64,000 nt of DNA from Camelus ferus (lineage: Eukaryota). Where the stretch lies: contig NC_045696.1 in NCBI RefSeq assembly GCF_009834535.1, positions 23,872,001-23,936,000 of the forward strand, written 5' to 3'. This document shows, in pieces, positions 34,900-48,300 of the stretch (the first letter of the stretch is position 1; the number at the start of each line of letters is the position of its first letter). The notes below the pieces were generated by a model, which saw only the letters and a program-made list of their open reading frames with translations, searched no databases and was not told where the DNA came from. A program made the translations under genes and the position numbers.

Positions 34900-36930
34900 G
34901 TGATATCAGTTTCTACTAAAAACCTAGAATTTCGTAGTCCAACATCAGTGCCAGCATACATACTTCTCTTTCTCCCATCTTTCCACGATAGTTACATGAC
35001 ACTTTTTAAAATTAACATTGGATGTTCGCATTGTCATGTTTAGTTTAAATTTTGGTTCACATTAAGACTTGTAGTTATATACAAGTATAGAAAGTAGTTA
35101 CATGTCCTTACTTGTGTTAACTTTGTTTTTCCTGGATTTAAAAATTGCCTCATTTATTTGCTTGAATCTGTCGTTAATATGCCATAATCTGTCTGATTGA
35201 ACTCTAAACTCCTATGAATGTAGCTGGGCATACTGGTTTTATAGTTTTCTTGCTAACACCCCTCCTGGAAACCTCTGTTTTCCTGCTGTGATCTGGAACG
35301 ATCACTCTGCTAGCCTCAGCACAGTTATTTTCCTGGGACTTTCCTTTATCTTCATCTTGGGAATTCCCTTAGCTTCTCTCTCACGTTGGATTCCAGCTCC
35401 CAAATAATTTGTCTTCCTTTATCTGTGCCCTTGACTTGGAGTACATATACCAGGATCCTCCCAGGAAAGTGCGTTTTTCTGGGGTCTGTGGGGGGAGGAA
35501 GGATGGATAATGATTTTGAAATTTTGTTGTCAGAAAATGTCTTTATTCTATCTGCATACATGATTGATAATTTGTTTGGTATGGAATTCTATGGCGTGCA
35601 TCATTTTCCCTTAAAATTGTGAAGATTTTGCTCCATTGATTTCTAGCTTCCAGGGTGGCTACTGGGAAGGCTAAGATCATTTTGATGCTGATACTTCTCT
35701 GCAAGCTTTGAAAAAACCCTCTTTTGTCTTGGGATTTCCTGATCAGGGCCCTTTTCATTAATTACATTGTAAATACACGAATTCTTTAGAATTTGTGCTC
35801 TGAATGTTTATCAAGTGTTCACTCTATGCAGGGACTATCTTAGAATTCATGAGTGGGGTTCTATGAAATTTACTTTTATTATTTCCCATCTTTCACTTTT
35901 TATTTGCTCAATTTCTGGAACCCATATTATCTGTCAATTGATATCCTGACTTGATTCCTCGATTTTCTTACCTTTTCTCTCCTATTTTCAATTTCTTTTT
36001 TTGTTTATTCTCTTGTTTGAAAGATGTCTTAAATCATCTTCTTTTCTTGTCTAAAAAAATGCAGTTTCTTCTCTTAACTACCTGATCATATTAATTAAAA
36101 TTTTAGAGATTTTTTTCCTTCAGTCTTCTTGCTTCCTCTAAGTCTTTTTCTTTCTATTTTTTTTCCTGTTTGGGATTCTATATTTAGTTATAGCAGCTTT
36201 TCTTAGATCACTGGCTACCACTCCATTTCAGAGCGAGGTCCTAAGGAGCTGCGAGTAGGCTATGGAAGACCAGAATTATGGATTGGAAGTGTTTTCTCTC
36301 AGGTCAGTAAACTCCGCTAAAACTTGTCCTCCATTCTCCTGCCAAGTAGGATATAAGTCTGGCAGCTGCAGTCTGGGACCCCTGGGAGAAGGGAGAAGAA
36401 GGTGGGGCCCAGGCATCTCACCACTGATAATGCAGAGGATCACTTGATGCCTTCAATTCCAGTGCTGGCCTCCCTTATATGGTCAGTGTGTCTGGTGTCC
36501 ACCAGCTCAGTGCGTCACCTTAACAGGACTCTTGACGATAGACTCACTTCTTCCCGAGTCAGGAGGGGCAGCTGATCAGCTCCGTGAATGAGAAAAGGCC
36601 TCTGGGGACCTGACTATTCCCTACAACTTTTCAATTGACCCATGTGGGGTTTGCCTCCTTCCCACCTCCTCCGTCTAAGTTGCCTGGTGCCTCTGGGCCC
36701 CTGAGCCTCCTGGGTTGCTTCTGTGGTCACTCTTGGCTTCTCTCCATCAGGCCTGTAAATTCCCAGGAAGGCCAGATCTCTGAGTTACCCCTTGCCTGTG
36801 ACTCATCTGCTGTCTTTGTCTGCTCCTCCTCTCTTCGTTCTTTCATTTGGGAGCTTTTGTGTTCATAAGCGTATGTGTTCAACCTGCCACATTTAATTAA
36901 AGTCTGTTTCATTTTTTTTTTAGCCACTTC
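34900..36930 (-). mobile_element. HAL1 / old L1M element with ORF1 remnant
   Basis: ORF 35543-35758(-) 'VATLEARNQWSKIFTILRENDARHRIPY' resembles L1 ORF1 'TLEARRQWxxIFKxLKExxxxPRILYP'; boundaries approximate. Confidence 0.75.
35335..35368 (+). promoter_or_regulatory. Tandem NF-kB consensus sites
   Basis: GGGACTTTCC 35335-35344 and GGGAATTCCC 35359-35368. Confidence 0.4.
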
Positions 36931-37429
36931 AAAGTATTTTCTCTGCCCATCACTTTATTCTTCCCAGTCTCCAATCACACCAAAGCAGCATCTGTGGTCT
37001 GCTACCGGTCTGTGAAGTGGATAGGAAAGTTACGACAAGGCTGGTTTTCAAGATGGTGAGGAGTGAGGGAGACACCGGTAAAGGTGGCCTGACCTCAGGG
37101 ACCCTCACCTGGGCTCAGCCTGCGCTGTGGGTACGAATCACACTCAGGGGATACTGGCCTGGGCTGAGGATGGGCAGCTGCTGGTCAGTAACAGTGACTC
37201 TGGGTTTTGGGTTGCTCCAGCCTTTCTGGAGAGGAGAAGGCAGGCCTTGCAGGGATCACCTGGACTTGGTCACGGAGCTTCTCAGAAACTCTAAGCAAAT
37301 TCACAGTCCGGCATGGTTACTAGCCCTCAGTTTCAGCACCAGTAGAAATGCAGTCAAGACATCTAGAAAAGCAAAAGATTAAGAATGGTCTCCAGGGTGT
37401 GTCGGCTGCATTCATGTCACAGCTCCGGG

Positions 37430-37700
37430 GTCTGCTAGCTGTGGGGCCCCCAGAAAACAAGTCTAAGTCTGAGCTGCTTTTTTCTCAATTGTCAAATAGG
37501 ATCCTTAGGCATGTCTTTCTCCCAGGGCTGTTGTAGAGATTAAATCTGTTACTCTACATAAAAGGCTTAAAATAGTTTCAAGTACTTAGTGATGACTCAA
37601 TAAAAAAATGGTGTGTGGAGGGCCACTCGTCCAATCATGCTTTGAGTCTGGCACATAGTAGGGGCCCAACAAGCCTTTCTGACTAGATGAGTGAAATATA
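37430..37700 (+). mobile_element. MIR followed by an L2 3' end
   Basis: 'tcccagggctgttgtagagattaaat...ctcaataaa'; 'gtctggcacatagtagggg...gatgagtga'. Confidence 0.65.
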
Positions 37701-40700
37701 TCTGGAGATAATCACACCGGACTATCTCTGTCTCTGAATTTGATGGTCAGTTTCTCTGCTGGGCAACAGAACTTTCAAAGAACTATTTTCATGGTTGCTG
37801 TTAGTTGGAATAATTAGCCATATAGGCCTGCACCTGAAGAGACATATACTTTCAAGCCTCTTCCAAAACACCACCAGACAGACAAATCATGACTGATTAA
37901 CCAAGAACTATGCCTCGTTTGGTCCAGTAACAACTCTGCCCCAGGCACGTCGGCACAGTCTTCCAGGACTCTGAATGATCAGCAAGGAACCAAATGGCTG
38001 GTAATTTCTAATTTATAAACACCGCTTGACGTAGGCAGTTGGGCACCCTGCCACACGGCAATGGCCTGAAATGGCCCGACCACTTCTCAGCACACTGAAA
38101 GCAATTTCAAATGGCATAATAACTCTTTCCCACCTCTCTGCTGGAGTCCAAAGACCCCATTGGATGGAGACGCCTTTGAGTGGCCTCAGGACAAGGGATT
38201 CAGGTTACAGCTTTGTGGGGTTTCTAGCTGAACAATGAGTAAATTGTGATGGTTCCATCTGTCAAACTAATCAAAGTATAAAGAGGGAAATAATACAATT
38301 CAACCTTTAAGATGCGTACATTTATCTTTGGTTTCTTAAAACTAATCTCTATTTGGCAAGTTGTTGTTTTTTTGTTTTTTGGTTTTTTTTGGCAAAGGAG
38401 TCAGAAATTGGCATTCTTTGATACAAATTGAGATCTTGCCTAAAATGAGTCCCTGGGTACAAAGATGAAAACAAAGAGAAGCAACTAGTACTATCGGAGG
38501 GAGGAGGATCCCGTTTATAAACTAAGTGTTCCAATAAGACAATTAACTAACTAGCTTAAGTTAAACACAATTTTTATTGTTAACAACAAGGAAAACTTTC
38601 CTTTTGCTGGTAGCATGAGAAGACTATACGTGAGAAAAGGAAAGAACTGAGATCATTCCTGATGGTAAAAGAAATGCTCTTTGGTTGCTGTGACCCCTAG
38701 AAGCATCTCAGCAATTTCATTCTGTTCTCAGGGGCTCACCTCCCGGATCCTGCTTTGTGATCCTGCTGGGATGCTCCACTACCTGTCAGATGCCTTCTTT
38801 CTGGCTACCCCAAAGTCATTTCTCACCTACTGTCATCATCCATTTATGTAGCAGCTACACACAAGTCCCACTTCAGGGCAGCCGTTCTCCCTCTGTGACC
38901 TGAGCCCACATTGCCACACTCAGATGAGCCATCCTTGGACCCTGCCCGAGTCTCATGCTGTGGCCATACCATACTGCTTGTGATTTCTCCACATCTGGGT
39001 TTTGGAGCGTGGGTAGAAATGATTACCCTTCCTACAGGAGAACTTTACCTCCTCTTCTTTCTTCTCCATTACCTTAGACCAAGCCAAATAAGACACACCA
39101 TCCAGGTCCCATGGCCTCTCCTTGCTTCTCTGGTGAATGAATTATTGGGTATTCGGGGCACCTGCAACCTTGTCTGGGTCTGGAAGGGCACTGAATGAAA
39201 GGCAGACACCCAGACATTTCTTAGCAACTCTGAATGCCATTAGACTGGTGTCCTTCCTCCAGCAAGGTGCCCTCGATCAAGAACTTATTATTTGTCTAGA
39301 CAAGATCCTGATCTGTTTAATGAATCTAGTCTTACAAGAACCTCAGGTCTAAACAAAAACACCTCCCCAGAACCAACTCTAAAAAATAGGCACTCAAGAA
39401 CCCAAGTCAGGTTTCTGGGCCATGTTTTGTCTGGCCAGATGATATGACACCGGACTATGTACTGGTGGAATCTACCTGAAGATTAGAGATATGCAGTGAT
39501 GTGTGGGATCCAGTGTTGATTATCATTGACTTGCTCTCCACTTTTCTACATTTATGGTAGAAACAACCTCTTTAGGGAAAGAAAGGATTTGCCTGGATCT
39601 AGTCACACCTGCAACTGTAATGCCGCATCTGGCATTTAAAATCTGGGGTAACATTTACTGTGGTCCTGGTTTACCCTACATAAATAGACACCAAGATCTC
39701 TGACTTTGAAGGAAGAAGGAAATTCCTTCCCAGCATTGATGTCTTGGGGAAACAACACTGACCAAAGTTAATCACCTAACTCAAAAAAGACTTCCAATGG
39801 TCAAGACCTCTTTTGGCCACCTAGACTGCCACCTCTTGGAAGAGTTAACATGGACCTAGAAACTCAGGTTTCAAGGGATCAGGTCAATTCTGTGATGTAT
39901 TTCACTTCTCCATCCGGTAAATTAAAAGCAGTCAACCCAGAAAAATATCATGTCTATCAAGGTGGACTGTCTAGGACAACAGGATTACTCCAATTCCAGA
40001 AATTTTCCATCCTTACAACTTCAAACTCTACTAAATGAAATGACTCAGTAAAAACAACTGACCATTAGGTTCTATCTCCCGCGCTTTAAATGAAACTGAT
40101 CCATCCACTCATCGTGGTTCAGGGATCATAGACTCCAACTATGACCGTCAGGCTCGTCATAGATACTTGCCTGTCCCCCTCAGGCTTTCCTGCTTGACCT
40201 GTTATGTTCAGCTCTTTCATGTTCTCTACTCTCCATTCCTAAAATCTGGCTTTAAGGGCCCTTGCTATTTTAGCATCCTATTGGAACCTCTTTAGTGTTT
40301 TATTTTTTTTTAACCTTAAGCTCCTGCTAAATTCTTGGAACTTCAGCAGGGATGTTTCTCTACAAGTTTTGGCTTCACAGGGCACCAACTTTCACTCCCA
40401 CCTGCCATTACTGCCAGGTCAGCTCCTTTTCCTTCTTAGAAGAGGATATTTATACATTGACTGCCTAAAGACACATTACAATATAAAATATCTTAATTTT
40501 TAAACTTTTTGCCCAACCTGTATCCCCCATCTCCCTACCCAAGCACATAATGCTATAAGCTAACCTTATTTCATTTTTGGAGACTTCATTTAGATGTCCT
40601 ATGTAGTCTCTTATCCATACATCCACAGTCACGTCCTCATGCTATCGACCCTGAGTTAAGCCACCCATTAATACACACAAACACATTCACGAAAAATACC

Positions 40701-43700
40701 ACTCTGTCTTTCATCCTTAATTCCTGCTTTCAACTCTATGTCTTTGCCATACCTTGTTGATATGATTCTTGGCCACCATTTTCCCCTGGGTTCAGTTAAT
40801 TAAGTCACTTTTTCCAATTTCTGCCATTTTCTCTCAACTGACTACCCAGCCATCTTTACACAGCACTGAAGTCTGAAACAATCCTAGCAGCTGACACTGA
40901 AAATGCAGTGTTTTCTCTAGAGGACGGAACCAAGACAAATAAGACAAAGTTACAGTGGGAGAAATGGTATGTTAATATAAGGGAATCTAGCTACTTGGGG
41001 TATCTTGCAATGAAGCTGCTGCCACCGATGTGATGAACTCAACACCAGTAAGTAAATTTAAGTTGAGGAGGAATGACTAACATGATAAAAGACTCTCTGG
41101 AAAGAGATATGCTGGAGAGCACCAAAGAATCTCCCTCGAATACCGTATAAGACCAAGACATTAAATGCATTTAAATATTTAAGCATAACCAAAGATTAAA
41201 CTCAGTTTGTCTGAAGCACCAAAGGTTGAGAGTAAACATACCCAAGTGAGGTGAGAGGACAGACCTCCCACAAAGGACCTGCGAAGGGACTGAAACTGAT
41301 TCACCAGCACAGGGCATCACCAGAGCCAGCTGGGAAAGGGAATTGTTGAAGAAGAAGGGGTGTTCAGAGTGCTCTGCTCCCACCTTCTCAAGCCAAGTCT
41401 GAGCTTTGAGTGGAGAGCTTCATTTGCGTCCCTTCTGGAGTCAGAGCGAGAGGTGGGAAGAAGGAATGGGGCCAGATAAAAACTTGAGAAATTTAAAGAC
41501 CATGAGAGTGACTAAAGCTGCCCACTGGATGGCAGAGCAAGGAGTGTCCTGGGAGGGAATTGGGACTTTCCTCAACAGGTTCAGTTTCTCCAAGGGGCAA
41601 ATGGAGCTGGCCTTGGGCCACTCTGAAAGAATTTGCACCTAAGAGGGCTGCTTAAAGAGCAAAGGGACCCTAAAAAAGAGACTCTGTGATGAAGTGCTGG
41701 AATTCCAGGGACTGAGGGAGGGAATGGGAAGCTGGCAACTGGACGAAGCATCCGAGTATCCATTAATCCTCAGTCAACGAATGCACTCTACCATCTTGGA
41801 GGCCCTCTGTGTGCTTTGAGGATACATGCAATAGATTGCCTGGAGTGATGGGATCTTTGGGGAGTATCATTGGAGCATTATATGAGGATCACACTTTGAA
41901 GAGCCCTGAATGCTCCCTTAAATCTTACTGAGGTCTTCTCTTTCACGTCCTTTCCTTTATCCGTATACTCAGCCTTTTCCCTTCCAAATTCTTTTGTTTA
42001 TTTGTTCATATGTAATGAAGTCATATTTAATCTTGTCTTCAGTGTTCCATGCTAGTATTACTTTGCCTCTTAAAATCACACCTGCTTCTTGCTATCATTA
42101 TCAGTTTTATCAGATTCCTTATCCCATCTCGTATCCATCAAGCCCCAACTTCCTAACTGATGTTTTCCTCATTTTCTTAGAATTACATCTTGTTATATCA
42201 TCAAATCATTTCACTTGAGCCTTTGCAAACTCAACTCAAAATTCAGTTCTTCTACGATGCCTATAAGACTTCTGCAGAATCATGGACATTCTCCTTCAGG
42301 AAAAATTCCAAATTAAAATTACTAAAATTTGTTTCCATCCTAAAAAGTTTCACTGTGATCCGCCTCACTCCCAACTTCTATTTTATTCTTATTACAGCCT
42401 GGGGTCTTCTTTGAAACAGGACTGTGTTTTGAAGGAGATGTATAGTATACCCAAGCAAATGTTTCACTACTTAAAATTGCTAATGATAACAGTAACTAAT
42501 TAGATTAAATGCTTTTGGCAACTTTCTAGCTCTGAAAGTGTTTGCTAACAATAACTATTGATGTTACTAATCGATGATCATGAAAAGAATGAACAACTTC
42601 TATATCTGTAAAACCCTATTTTTCAAAACCCATTACCATGGTCTCTTGGGACTACTTTGCATATTTTCATTTGTTTCCTTGATGCTAAATCCTGGAACTG
42701 CTCTTGCGGGACACATACAAGGAAAGTGCCTCTGGTCTCTGAAGTCTTTCCTGATTCATCAAAATTGATTAGAGTAGAAGAGTGAGTATCTTGATGAAGG
42801 TCCCTAATATTTTGCTGCATTTGTTTGTTTTTATTAAAATAACTCCTATTTAAAATACTTATATTTTATACAGTACTATCTGTTTCCTTTATTTTACGTA
42901 ATGGCCCTCCTTAAGTGTATTTTTAAAATAAGTATATAGAGAAGGGTTTTATTTTTGCCTTTCGGTTTTGATGGTTGAGGGTAGGTATGTGTATGTATGT
43001 GTGTTTGTATGTGTATGTACTTTAAGAATTTCTTTGGGTTTATTCAGCTTATTTTTTGTTTGTGTGACTTAAAAATCAATAGTCACGTTCTTGCTTCATG
43101 TTAAAGGGTTCAGACAAAATGCAAAAGCAAGAAATTGCACCTGGTACTTGAAAGTTGCTGTTCCTGACAGCACTTCGTCTTTTTTCATGTCCGTATTGGC
43201 TTTTCTCCCAGCCCATCCATTGCTTAATGTAAGTGTTATAAATTGCTCTAAAGTGCCATAAAGCATAATAAACATAAATCAATATTTCTTGGTTAAAAAC
43301 TTAGAAATGCTGATCCAGCCCAGGTTGGTTATAGATGTCCTGAACCCATCATGTCCCTTGGTTATTTTCTTTTCCAGAAGCCATTTCTGGGCTCAAGAAT
43401 GCCTCTCTTTGTGTTTTTCTCTCTGACCTTAGTCACACGGATACTTGCAGTGACACATCAGGACAGATCGTGGGGAAGATATCATCCAACAGTTTTAGAA
43501 AAGCCCCATTCTTTTTCCTTTTGGCCTCTGATCCTGGCGACTTTGGAACAGTGGCCTGACATTCTCAGACAAAGTTAGACCTCAAGCCGGCAATATGTCA
43601 AGCTCGTCTGAGGCAAATTCCAGTTTGTCATAGAAAAAAAAAAAGAATGTTAATTTTCTTCTGAGAGTCAATGAATTAAGCAAAAGCCCACTTCTTTCCT

Positions 43701-44344
43701 TCTGGCTTGCAAATGTAGCTTCTGATCTAAATGGAACACCTGCAGGCAGCTTAATGACAAAACCGTCCCATTTGAATTTCTGCTATCTTTGGAATTTTTT
43801 TAATATGATTATATGCTGCACCCTTGGATATAAAACCACATCCCTCTCTGGAAATGACAGCTTGCCCTCACAGCCAACTGATGCTACTCACGTGGCATTG
43901 CCGTTATTTATCCCCATCTCAAAGGGAATGATTGAATGGCTTTGTGGTCTCTCCCAAGAAACTGTGGAGCTATAGAGTATGAAATCTGCAAGCTCAGGTG
44001 ATCATCTTTCTTGAGCAGATTTTCACAGGCAGCTCTTTGGAAATTGCATGAAAAGGTTGGTAGGACATTAGACAAAGTGGTTTTATTAGACTTATTGACT
44101 CACAGCTCACTTTTCATACTAATTGTGATCCAGTGCACTTACAGGGCAGACTGCCTTCTCCTCCGAACCTCATCCCCTCCAGGCAAAAGCAATGCTCTTT
44201 CTACTCACTCTCAGGATATCTGAGAGCAGGTATGTGTATCATAGGAATGAGTAGAGGGAGACTCAGATGAACCTTCCACTTGCCCCAGCCTGAGAAACTG
44301 CTATTAGCTTTTTACTCCTTTGGATTCTGGAAACTGTTAGGTCA

Positions 44345-44838
44345 GTAGAAAAAGAAATAAAAATGACTTCTAAATATATAAAAGGATGCCAAACTGTTCT
44401 CATAATAAGAGTAGTATAAATTTTAAAAATACTCAGATACCATATTTTTACTAATGAGATTGGCAAAACCAAAATTTAACACATTTTTTCTTGGTGAATC
44501 TTTGAACAAACAGGCATCCTTATGGCATTGTTGGTGGGTACAAATACTAGTGGAGAAGAATTAGGAATAGCTATCAAACTTGTAATGCAATTACCCTCTG
44601 ATTTCAGCAATCCTAATCTTGGGAACTGATCCTATGGTAAAAACTGCACATGGGGGTGAAAAAATATATAAGGTTATATGTTGAAAAACTTTGACTATGA
44701 AAAGTTCAAAGCAATTCATTACTAAAGGACTGGTTAAATTAACTATGGTATATTCACACAATGGAATAGTATACAGCAGTATAAAAGAATGGGGCAGCTC
44801 TTTTATACTGAAATGGATAAATGAAGACAGAACTACAT

Positions 44839-44869
<31 letters not shown>

Positions 44870-45080
44870 CGGAAAGGGGGGATAAGAGTTCATCTCTATT
44901 CTTGCTTGGTATTTGCATAAAGATATACTGAAAGGATACTTAAGAAATTAATAACAGTGGTTACATGTGGAAAGGAACAAGGTGCATGGGACCAGGGAAA
45001 GGAGTAAGAATTATTAGTGTTTACTGCTTTTATTTTTGAACCATGTGAATTTGTAATCTACTATTTTTTTAAAAAAATTA
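44345..45080 (+). mobile_element. LINE-1 3' fragment (L1ME-class) containing (CA)n at ~44838-44863
   Basis: 'ctcagataccatattttt...gattggcaaaa', 'cagcaatcctaatcttgggaa', 'ggttaaattaactatggtatattcacacaatggaatag', 'tttgaaccatgtgaat'. Confidence 0.8.
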
Positions 45081-45119
45081 GAGGCAGTATATTTACATAT
45101 TTATGTATTTACTTTGTAA

Positions 45120-45845
45120 ATCATTTTTATTGTGGTGAAATATATACAACTTAAAATTTACCATTTTCACTGTTTTTATGCATGTAATTCAGTGACTTTA
45201 ATTAGATTCACAATGTTGTGAAACCCTCACTATTGTGAACTCCCAAAACTTATTTTATCACCCCAAACAGAAACTCTACCAATTAAGTAGTAACTTTTCA
45301 TTCTCCTCTTCCCCTACCTCTAGTTACCTCAAATCCACTTTGTCTCTGAATTTGCCTACTCTAGACATTTCATATCAGTGGAATCATATGACATTTGTCT
45401 TTTGTGTCCAGTTTATTTCACTTGGCATGATGTCTTCAAGGTTTACACATATTGTACCATGCATCAGAACTTTATTTCTTTTTATGGCTGAATAATACTC
45501 CATTATATGTATAAAACACATTTTTTATCCATTTGCTTGTTAATGGGCACTAAGGTTGTTTCTTCCTTTTGGCAATTATGAATAATGCCATAATGAACAT
45601 TAGGATACACATATGTTTGAGTCCCTATTTTTAATCCTTTTAGCTTATACACCTAGAAGTGATCACTTGGTAATTCTGTGTTTAGCTTTTCAAAGAGCTG
45701 CCGAACTGTTTTCCATAGTGACTGCACCTTTTACATTCTCACCAGCAATATACAAGGGTTCCAGTTTCTCTGCATTGTGGCTAACATTTGTTATTTTCCA
45801 TTATTCTGATGGTAGTCTTCATAGTGGTTATGAAATTGCTATTTG
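45120..45845 (-). mobile_element. LINE-1 3' end (L1MB4/5-like), tail-to-tail with the preceding L1
   Basis: 'ttttattgtggtgaaatatatacaacttaaaatttaccatttt...cacaatgttgtg...ccccaaacagaaactct...tttatggctgaataatactccatt'. Confidence 0.9.
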
Positions 45846-46059
45846 ACATGCTCAAAGATTTTACATTAATGGGAAGATTGTTTCATAAATGTCTTTAATT
45901 AAACTATAATATCTGTGAATAAACACCACCTAAACCTGTTATTAAATCAAAAAGCCAGTTAACAGCTTGAAGACTTCAGGTTGTTGAGGGCCTGGGACTG
46001 GACAGGTCCTATCTATTGAGTGTACATAAAAGCTACTCTCAATCATGGTTATTAATATA

Positions 46060-46270
46060 AAGTGTTTACCAAATGTTAACTGCTTTATGTCATTATTCTT
46101 GCCCCTTATTCTTGTAAGAAAGATATTTTAATCCCTTTTTTATAGATGAGGAAGCTGAAGATCTTCTAGGATAGAGAACATAGCCAAGTCAGACTTCCGG
46201 GAATGGAAATGTCTGGATTCAAATCAACAACTACTTGACCCCCAGTCCTGTGCACTTCCCACCATAACAA
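46060..46270 (-). mobile_element. MIR SINE
   Basis: 'atcccttttttatagatgaggaagctgaag...ctggattcaaatc'. Confidence 0.7.
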
Positions 46271-47315
46271 GACTTTAGAGGGAGGGAGGCCACCAAAAAG
46301 GGACAGAAGACCATCAGGTAGCATTTTACCTACTTTCAATGTTGCACAAGTTGGCTTTGTCATGTAAACATTTTTCTTGCCCAAGATTTGTTCCATTAAG
46401 TTCAAGTCTTTTTCTTTCTTTTTCTGATATGAGACTGTGGCATCTGCTGTAACTTGCACCATTTTTTTTTTTTTTTGAACTCTTGGACCTACAAGACACT
46501 TTGCCAGAGAACACAGGTCTTCCTGTTAGATTGGCACCTGAGCTTCTATCTCTGGGACATGCAAGAGCCCCAGGCTTCAGACCACAATTTCAAAACAGCC
46601 AAATGGCAGTTTCTCTACAGAAAGGAGTGAGGCACAATGAAGAAGAGATATGTCAACTTTCAAGCAAGTCTGAACTGGGGCCTGGCAGAAGAAGATAGGT
46701 GAGCACACCCAATGGCCAACTCATTCTATTCATGTACTGACAGGTAGAATGAACCATCAACCCCTTCCATGGATCTCATGCACTGCTTTGGGCACAGTGT
46801 CTTCATCTGTGAGCAGCTGCTGCCAAATGCTACTTGGAGATGACCTATGTACCCAACCCTTCCCAAAGAGAGTCTGCGATAGAGCCAACCAGTCCATGTG
46901 TGGGTGGGGCCATTAGCAAGACCTGGGCAAACATCAGCACACAGAGAAATGTCAAGTCCTGGGAAATTCATGATCATGCCAACTAAGCTAAGTCCTTTTT
47001 CCATACAAACACAAGGCAAACTTAACCACTTCATCTCAACACACAAATAAGCATCTTCATTGCACTTTTAGTGAAGTACATTACAATAGAAGCATTTCAC
47101 CTGGAGAAGAGTGTGTCAAAACAAGATATTACTTCAAACTGGATTTGTAATCCTTGAATGGTGATATGAAAATAATCTTGGAAAAAATTTTGGCCCAGTT
47201 TATAAGAAAATCTTTTGTGTATATATGAAAACTACTTATTCAGAAAAAAAAAAACGAATTTTGACTATACTGGGTATGCTGTAGATTCAGGCTCAAAGGG
47301 AAGGCAAAAGAACCT

Positions 47316-47388
47316 TCTGAAAGTCTGAAAGATCTGAAGATCTGAAAGATTCAGAAAGATCTGAAGCTTCTTGGAAAGATCTGGAAGA
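47316..47388 (+). repeat. Degenerate ~9-bp tandem repeat (TCTGAAAGA)x~8
   Basis: tctgaaag-tctgaaaga-tctgaaga-tctgaaaga-ttcagaaaga-tctgaagct-tcttggaaaga-tctggaaga. Confidence 0.85.
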
Positions 47389-47719
47389 CATACGTCCCCC
47401 CTGCTTCTCCCCTCATGCTACTTTAGTGACTGTCCACTAAACCTAGGGTACACAATAAGACCCTATCCTTACCTTTTTCCCCTTAAGTTTAATTGTTTTA
47501 AAATAGTTTTAAATAATAACATTAAAATGTGAATTTATTTTCATTGTAAACTTTAAGTAAAAGTGAAATCCCCTTAACTATCCTCAATTTCATTCCACAT
47601 GGGCATTTGCTTTTCTTTTTTTCTTTTTTCCACATGGACATTTTCTATAATCAAGTTAGCAATACCATTTCAGGTCTTTTACAAACTTTTACATTGACAT
47701 AAGTACACCATGGCCCAGC

Positions 47720-48300
47720 TCTTTAATTAAACACCTATTCAAAAATACTTTTTGAGCATTTATTATTTAGAAGGTTTTGTTTTAGGCACAGAGAATGTGA
47801 AAAGATTAAGTCATAATATAGTGAACACTTAATTTATGCTAGGATTTGTGCTGAGGAATTTACCTTTAATTTTGGATTTAATTGGCACAACACCCCTGAA
47901 AAGATGTACTACTATTTGCTTTACAGGTCAGAAAACTGACATTCAGAGAGGGTAGGTAATTTACCCAAGGTCACAGAAGGTAGATAGAGCTCAGAGTCAA
48001 ACAGAGGACTGGATGTGGAGATCCCATCGCTTAATGACACAGATGACAATGTAATGCAGTAATAGTCAGCATTTCTCCAGGGTTCACGACACCCTTCCTA
48101 GGACTCTCCATAGTTTGGCTCATTTAATTTTCACAACAATATGAATATGTATTGTTATCACCCCCCCCATGTTACAGACGAGGATACTGAGGTGCAAAGA
48201 GTTTAATTAACTTACCTAGATTATGGAGGTAATGTGTGCCAGAGCTGGGGCTAGAGTCTGGTTGCATTGCTTCGTCTCTTAACTCCCACGTCTCTTGACT
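47720..48300 (-). mobile_element. L2 end plus two tandem MIRs
   Basis: 'tttttgagcatttatt'; 'ttacaggtcagaaaactgacattcagagagggtaggtaatttacccaaggtcacag'; 'ttacagacgaggatactgaggtgcaaagagtttaattaactt'. Confidence 0.75.

Noticed and set aside
41000..41760. Possible ancient Gypsy/LTR remnant
   Set aside because: Purine-rich and LTR-like in feel, but I could not identify termini, TSD or diagnostic motifs
47316..47388. CRISPR-like or coding repeat array
   Set aside because: Units are 8-11 bp with no unique spacers, the context is eukaryotic and unit length does not preserve a frame
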